Below, piece by piece: positions 56,745-64,000 of a stretch of 64,000 nucleotides of DNA (positions are counted from its first letter, which is position 1; each line of letters opens with the position of its first letter). Both the position numbers and the translations under genes were made by a program. The notes below the pieces were generated by a model, which was given only the letters and a program-made list of their open reading frames with translations, was not told where the DNA came from and did not search any database. Source of the stretch: Trichinella spiralis. Its lineage: Eukaryota. The stretch is taken from the NCBI RefSeq assembly GCF_000181795.1, contig NW_003526941.1:3692282-3756281 (forward strand), in the 5' to 3' direction.

Positions 56745-57443
56745 TTTTCACTGTTTACATTGTCTTATGGAAAACTTTTTAAAATATTTATTTAAATGTT
56801 TTTTACTGTTTTTTTGTGAAAATTTTGTGTTACTAGTACTTTTTACTTTAGTCAGTATGCCGTTCGAAAGTGTAGCTGAGGAAAATTTGAATTTCACAGC
56901 GCTACATGGAACGAAGAAAGAATTTTTGCTGGACTGTTTTTTTACGGTTACTGAATTTGAAATAATTGTGAATCCATTTGTTTGTTAACGGTGCAATGTG
57001 AATTATTTTATCACTTTTACATGAACGATATTTGAAAATGAGAACGATGTTGAAAAAGTAAGCCTGAAAGTGATAAATTGCATGGCATAGTGCAGTAAAT
57101 AATAGTTGGATATCAGTGGTGAAATTTATGAGCTTTGAATGAAATATCTTGACGAAACGTTTACTGTATGTTTAACATAGAAGCGTAAACAGTAAAGGTG
57201 AAAAAAATGTTTTTTTTTTATTGAAAAAATTTAAATTAGCAAATGCATGTTACGGTAGGTCTCTGTTGTTTATATTATTTTCATGTTTGCATAATTTTCA
57301 CTAAAATTGTTTACTGTAGGCACAGTAACATCTTCAAAAGTATATTGAAGTAATTTAGATTTGTTTAAAAATATTGCATTGATGAATTTATGAAACAAAA
57401 AAAAATTTTTTTTAGGTAAATTATTTTTAAAATAAAATGAGTT

Positions 57444-59018
57444 TTATTCGTATGATGCGGTTGCAATTTTCTGACAGCGACTGGCGTAGCATATCGAGTT
57501 GAAGTCGCAGCTTTGCGCTACTGAGCACGGTGAAGTTTCTTCTTCTTGTAAAATGCAGAATTCACGATTGCGGAATGAAATGCATATTTGATCAGCATTA
57601 CAACGTGAACAGTTTCGTTTTACTGACAAGAAAGTTTCGTCGATCAATTCAACAGGAAATTGGAGGGAAACCATCAACGGTAAGTCTTTGGATTTTTTTT
57701 CATTAATATCTGTAGAACTTTGTCGATGATGCAGCACTGAAGCCGGACGAGAGAGTGGAATTTTCGAATTTTCACCTAATTCACGCGTTATGTGTACATT
57801 AGAATGATGAAACTTTCTTCCTGGCAAACGTTGATAACCTGTGACGACATTTGTCAAATCTTTCTTTTCTTGCTCTTCTTCGAAATGTTCCCTTTGAATT
57901 TCATACGAAGAAGCAAATTGTGCAGTAGTTGCATGGTTGTTTGAAAAATGATAAGATGGAATTTTATTCATGACCAGTGGTGGTGAATGATGGTGATGAT
58001 GATGATTTGGCCTCGGTGATGGAACGGAAAATTGATCATCGCTGCTGCTCCAAACTTCTGTCGAGTGATGTGGTGAAATTTGCATAGAATTTGCATTCAC
58101 TGCAGCGATTGTTGGAAATTTTTCCACATTTGGCAACGGTGTTGGTCTTTTTTCACTTGTCATTTGATTTGTCTGAATTTCTCCTGAAAAAGAAAATTTT
58201 TTAAGTATTTCCGAAGTGAAATTATTTACGTTATATGGTTTCTTTTACGTTGCACTGGTCTGATTGCCCAACATCTCTTGTAACGGCACGCATGATCTGC
58301 TTTGCAATTACTGTTTTGAATACATCGATCTGACGTTGGATAACTAGGTACACATTGACCACGGTAGCATATATTTTGTTCTTTGCAAGAATTGTGGTCT
58401 ATACAGCCGGGCATGGTGGAAACGATCGATGGAATTCTTGGCTCGTTGTCCAATTCATTTTCCGGACAATTTATGCACGGGTGGTCATTGTTTTGGTCTA
58501 AAGTAGAAAATTGTTGTCACCTGTACGAATGCATTGCCTACATGATTGTTGTTTGGAATTGTCCATTGAAAACCTCGGTTTACACGCAAGTTCATACTAG
58601 GATGAGTCGTGGTATATCTGGTGAAAGGATTGTCGAAATACGAACCGTATCCGACCGCTAGCGGCCCAAATTTTCGCGGACGCATCATGCCCAATCCAGT
58701 ACCGTAACCCCCTGCAGTTCCGAATCCGCTACCGATGTCAAAACCACCGTGACCGGGCGAAACGAATCCATGGAATCCCATGCCGTAATTTCTACCATAT
58801 GCTGGACTTAAGCCCAATGTATCCATGCCGCTCAGCATGCTTGGAAATTCATGACCACCACCTTGCCAAAAGAACGCTTAAAAGTCAACTTTTAATAAAT
58901 CAACACTGAAAACGGCTTTATTTGACAGTGGTAGTGACTAATTTTTTTTTCAAATATTTCGAATATTACCTGCTGCGACGTTGCCGCAAAATAGTAAGTG
59001 CAGTAATTGACGTTCCAT
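57444..59018 (-). CDS. Putative secreted protein with Gly/Phe-rich N-terminus, short Cys-rich modules and a low-complexity His/Ser spacer, about 4 exons
   Basis: Exon 58970-59018 (MERQLLHLLFCGNVAA) splices in phase to the Gly-rich ORF. Cys modules (CIDHNSCKEQNICYRGQC, CIQNSNCKADHACRYKRC) follow, then the 57444-58183 exon ending CSVAQSCDFNSICYASRC. One donor position is ambiguous. Confidence 0.7.
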
Positions 59019-59298
59019 TTGATGTTACTAAATTGGACTGACTGAATGAATCTGTGGTATAAGCGGCGAAAAGAAATGGAGCCAATTGTTGACTCGACGA
59101 CAAGCTGTACTTGAGCAGCGATATCGAAACTTTTAATTTATGCAAGCAAAAGCAATATGAACAAATTTACTTAATCATCGACAAGCATGCAATTAATATT
59201 CGCTAACAAGCGTCGCGTTGGAGAAAGTTCTTAAAACAGACATTAGTGGGAAAATATGTTCATAAAGTGAAATTGAAATTTTGATATTGATCAATATT

Positions 59299-60804
59299 TT
59301 AATCATTCTCTTTTGTCATTGTATTTTTTGGAAAATCTTCACTTTCAAAAATATTCAAATTAATTCTAAACAAAATACAGAAATTATAAACTTGGAAAGC
59401 GGTAAACAATCATGTTTACCTTTTTTTGTATTTTTCTTTTATTGCACTGCAATAGCGGTTGATGCTCTTATTTTTAATCACTGCATTCAACTTCCACATG
59501 GCGACAGTGAGATCTGCTTCCTCGTATCCTGAAACATTTAGGTGCAATTCTGTCTATAAAAAAACCAATAATATGATTTTGAAAAATTCATAAATGTAAC
59601 TTTTCCACTACCCATTCTAGTTGTTTTATTTTCAACGCCATCAACAAACTCGCCGCAGCTTTAATACTATCCTTGACGCTAATAAGTTCGTAACCCAGCA
59701 TCGACATTTCCAAAATGTAACAGCTTAACATGTACGTATATTTGTCACAAAAAGTACCCTGAAAAATAATAATTTTACCCATTAGTTTCATTTATTAAAA
59801 TTTTAATTTAATACAAAACAGTACAAAACAAAATTACGTTGGCAAAATGATGCAAAAAATGGATAGCAGTCGGGAAGCTAATATCGAAGTTAAAGTATTC
59901 CAAAACTTCGCGTTCCTTCATTATTACTTCTTCCATTTTATAAGCATTGTGGGAAATATATGAGATTTCACCCGTCAAAATTTTGCGTCGGTTCTGTTTG
60001 AATTTTTAAGATTAGAAAACCTTTTTTCAATCACATAACGACATCAACGACAACGTACATCAAATTTACTGGCAATGAGCAATGTCACGATGCTGATCAG
60101 TTGCAGCTGATTTTTTTCAACACAGTTTCTTAAAAATGAAAATGATAGATTAGACAATTTTAATTTTATTTAAATAAAATTAAAAGATGATTACTTTTCC
60201 AAATAGAGGTCGAACAGCTTTACTGAATGGAAAAAAGCTTCAGTTGGAAAATTGTAAGCGTCAAAAGTTTCAAATATCCAATGGACTAGGATGGATCTCA
60301 TCGATGGTGTCATGTGTTTTTGATTTGGCCAATAATCGCCAATCATAAACTTTGCCTCACGAAGTCGGTAGTAGTTGAGCGCATCTTGGTCGTAAGAGTC
60401 AGAAACACTAGTGTCGGAGATGAATGAGTCATAAAACAATGAAGAAGTTGTATCCTACGAATTGACAAGTGAAAAATAAAATTGAAGAGAATAAAGTTAT
60501 AAAAATCTCAAATACCATTTCGATACTTTCTTCTACAGATTCTTGATCCGAAATAATTCTAGATATTAATCTAAATTAAAAATTATTTTTTGCTTCAAGA
60601 AATAAGCGAATATCTATCTGTTTGCCTGTTGTTCTTTTTGATCATCACATCGTCAATTGAGTTACCAAGGTTTTCTAAACTGTTTTCTTCCTAAACCATT
60701 GTACAGTAATATAAATCGATATTTAATATTCCTGTGAACAAAAAATACTCTACTTTCTCACATCTGGAAATATCTGACTCTTCTTCCAGATATTCAATAT
60801 CCAT
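59299..60804 (-). CDS. Divergent G2/mitotic B-type cyclin (cyclin B3-like)
   Basis: Cyclin box MTPSMRSILVHW...EAFFHSVKLFDLYL, then LQLISIVTLLIASKFD, EREVLEYFNFDISFPTAIHFL and LSCYILEMSM. The stop is either 59416 or, if a final exon is used, 59299. The 5' exons are tentative. Confidence 0.8.
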
Positions 60805-61418
60805 TTTTGTACAAAAATGAAAGACTTGTAGTAAAGTAATAAAAGTGAAATTAATTTGACAAAGATTTCAGAACTCACCACAATAAAGCGGTTTTTAACC
60901 AACAGATCTGTCACTGTAATGGAAGTATACAAAAATATTTTTAATGTAAGCAACCTAACAGCCAGAACAGACAACAAATAAAAAAAAACTTGAACCTAAA
61001 AGAAACGAACTTTACAGCTTAATTTAAACTAAAAGAACTAAAGAAATTTAAAGAACAAAAGTTTAAATAAAATAAATCATTTTAATTATTGTAATTTCAT
61101 TACACGTTTTATTGAGCTTGAAAATCAATTGATAATTACAGTCTATCTTGTGATAAAAATATTTGTACTGCTTATTTTATTTAAAATAACATTTTATTAA
61201 TAATTGTTTGTATTTTAAAAAATTTTTGAATGTTTTTTTGATGAAAAAGCATATATTAAAGTAAATCTTAATTGAAATTCCAACGAGCATTTATGTGATA
61301 ACGTATTATTTACCTTTTCTGAGTAAAATTATTATTATTATTATCATTATTATTGTTTATTATTATATAAATTAATCGATAATAATATATAATATCTGAT
61401 TATTTTTTTTAAGTTGAA

Positions 61419-63528
61419 ATGGAAAAAAATTTAGCAGATGCGGTTTTGGTTTTGCTTTCCCAAAAATCACCTATAGATTCAGATGAAATTGCCCGTCATT
61501 TGAACGTCTCACATCAGCATATTGTGGGTGTTATTAAGAGTATTGAAGCGATGGATCACGTAAGTTATGCTGATATTATGCTGACTTGTAAGCATACATT
61601 TTGTAGGTAATCAAAACAGAGCAGCACTCTCGTAAGCAGTGGGAATTGACTGAAGAAGGGAAAGAAATTATAAAAAATGGTAGTCATGAAGCAATTTTGT
61701 GGCAGCATGTTCCAAATGACGGCATAATTATGGATGATTTGATGGTTCGAAGTTACCTTTTTTGCATTCCTTTTCAATACCTGAAATTTTAGCGCACTGT
61801 TCCTAATGCTAAAGTTGGTTTTAACAAAGCTATGAGTTTGGGTTGGATACGCTTAGACAAGACTGGTCCCAAACCACTTGTCTTACGGAAGGTTGGACAA
61901 ATTTATGTTGTAAAGCATACATATTAAGTGACTGAATATTTTATTCTTTAGGTTGAAACAATTGACGATGCTGTGCAAGATTGTTTGAATAAAATAAATT
62001 CCTTGAATTTTGATGATGTAAGCGATCAGAATAAGTCGGACTTAAAAAAACGCAGATTAATCAACGAAATGTAAGCAAATCAGTAGTAAATTTTTTTATT
62101 GACATTACACTTTTGTAGTGTAATAAAAACGTTTCGGGTTTTTCGTGACGAAAAGTTTACAACAAGTTTGGTGAAGGAAGAAACTGACTTGACTGTCGAT
62201 CTGCTTACAGAGTACACATTTTCAAACTACAAAATTAAAAATTGAAACTGTTCTATTTTAGTAATTTATGGAAAGAAAAGAAATTCAAACCGTATAATTT
62301 TAATGCTTTTGGCGTTGTTCCAGTTAGGGGTTATCTTCACCCATTGATGAAAGTCAGAACGGAATTTAGGCAGATATTTTTGGAAATGGGGTAAATATAA
62401 TTTTCTAATCGACATATGTTTGTTTATTACTGTATATATATATATATATATATAATTGAAGAACAGTTTGTTTTTTTTTATTTTGAAAGTTATTGAAAAT
62501 AAATGCGCAGTGTAGATTTACAGAAATGCCTACTCAGCGTTATGTTGAAAGTTCGTTTTGGAATTTTGACGCTTTATTTCAACCGCAGCAGCATCCAGCT
62601 CGTGATGAACAAGATACTTTTTTTATTTCTAGTATTATATACCGTGTTCAAGTGCTAAAAATACAACACTGCTTGCTGTTGTTATTTCAGAGCCAATGTG
62701 TACAAAAAATTTACCAAGTGAATATGTTAAACGAGTAGAAAAGGTGCATTCTGTTGGTGATTATGGTTCTTCGGGGTATAAATTATTTCGATTGTTGTGC
62801 TTTGTCTTTTTGTTTCATTTTCATTATACACAGCTCAGCTTTTTTCAGGTATGGTTATGAGTGGAAAATTGAAGAAGCGGAAAAAAATGTCCTCCGCACA
62901 CACACGACCGCCTCTAGCATTCGAATGCTTTACGAAATTGCGAAAAAGCCATTCAAACCTGTCAGATATTTCAGTATTGATAGAGTTTTTCGGAACGAAA
63001 GTCTCGACGCCACTCATCTTGCGGAATTTCACCAAGTTGAAGGTTTGATTGCTGGTGAAAATCTCAGTCTTGGTCATTTGATGGGAATTTTGCAAGAATT
63101 TTATAAAAGGCTCGGTTAGTTCGTTGTTGTTGTTGATCTGCTTTGAAATTCGACGGCTTGATGACTTTGGTTTTCAGGAATTGAAAAGCTTCGTTTCAAG
63201 CCTGCCTACAATCCGTACACGGAACCATCGATGGAAATATTCAGTTATCATAGTTCATTGAAAAAATGGGTTGAAATTGGCAATTCTGGGATGTTTCGAC
63301 CGGAAGTGTTGCTTCCGTTGGGTTTGGCTGAGAATGTGACCGTCATAGCGTGGGGTCTTTCTTTGGAAAGGCAAGTTTGCAATTGTTGATATCTTCACAT
63401 TCGTGAATGTGTGCTTCTTTTTTTTCAGGCCGACCATGATCAAGTACGGCATTAATAATATTCGAGATTTGATTGGACCACGCGTTGATTTGGCCATGAT
63501 TCAGTCTTCCCCAATTTGTCGATTTTGA
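61419..63528 (+). CDS. FARSA: Phenylalanine--tRNA ligase alpha subunit, 11 exons
   Basis: [18 protein letters not shown]...[92 protein letters not shown] and [15 protein letters not shown]. Stop at 63526-63528. Confidence 0.98.
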
Positions 63529-63715
63529 AGCAAAAAATTATTGATTAAAATTAAAATTGAGTGAAATAAATTTTTTTTTCTTTTTCTTTTTGTTTAATTT
63601 TTCAATAATGGTCATTTTGTCCTGATATCATTTCTTATGTACAAGCACGTATGTCGAGGTATGTACGGGTTTGTATTCGTATTTATATTGGTTTATTGGA
63701 TAATTTTTAGTGAAA

Positions 63716-64000
63716 ATGGAAATCGGATTGAAAGGGCTTACGTTGATCACAACCGAACAAGGTTGTACTGGTGTTCCATTTGCCAGAGCTTTGGCTAAAA
63801 AGGCACTGTTGGAAAAGTCATATTCGAAGATTCTGGTGGTCACCAATTTATCGGACAGCGTTTCAGTTTGGCAAAAAATTGCACCAGATTCTCATGAAAT
63901 TATACACGATCTTCCAATTGTGGAAGAGAATTTCTCCAATGCCGAATACCAGGAGGAGATGTTGAATTTGTTGTTGGAAAACAAATCACAGGGTGTGGAC
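63716..64000 (+). CDS. 5' part of a gene running off the window, possibly Elongator subunit ELP5-like
   Basis: Open frame MEIGLKGLTLITTEQGCTGVPFARALAKKALLEKSYSKILVV... continues to the window end, preceded by TTTTTAG. The resemblance to the ELP5 N-terminus is from memory and weak. Confidence 0.5.
   Translation, partial: MEIGLKGLTLITTEQGCTGVPFARALAKKALLEKSYSKILVVTNLSDSVSVWQKIAPDSHEIIHDLPIVEENFSNAEYQEEMLNLLLENKSQGVD

Overview
AT-rich eukaryotic genomic DNA with many short (about 50-170 nt) GT-AG introns, TTTCAG/TTTTAG acceptors and microsatellite-rich intergenic tracts. It is most consistent with a nematode, probably clade I (Trichinella-like); this is an inference from gene structure, not a database match. 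Manual splicing supports these genes in order: SYF1/XAB2 (-), SAPCD2-like (+), C3G/RAPGEF1 (-), a small orphan membrane-protein ORF (-), cathepsin B (-), a divergent RPL28/eL28 (-, largely missed by the ORF track), a large dispersed-C2H2 polyQ zinc-finger gene (-), BiP/HSPA5 (-), GET4 (+), a secreted Gly/Cys-rich protein (-), a divergent cyclin B3-like gene (-), FARSA (+) and a partial ELP5-like ORF (+). The first about 3.2 kb is degenerate repeat DNA containing seven perfect minus-strand 5' splice-site motifs. I saw no CRISPR, rRNA, tRNA or intact transposase, and I cannot claim a clearly new system. The best leads are the splice-donor array, three GC-AG introns, a candidate FARSA-ELP5 operon, a recurring TGACC-N3-GGTCA palindrome, the BiP/GET4 shared UPR-type promoter and the divergent eL28.
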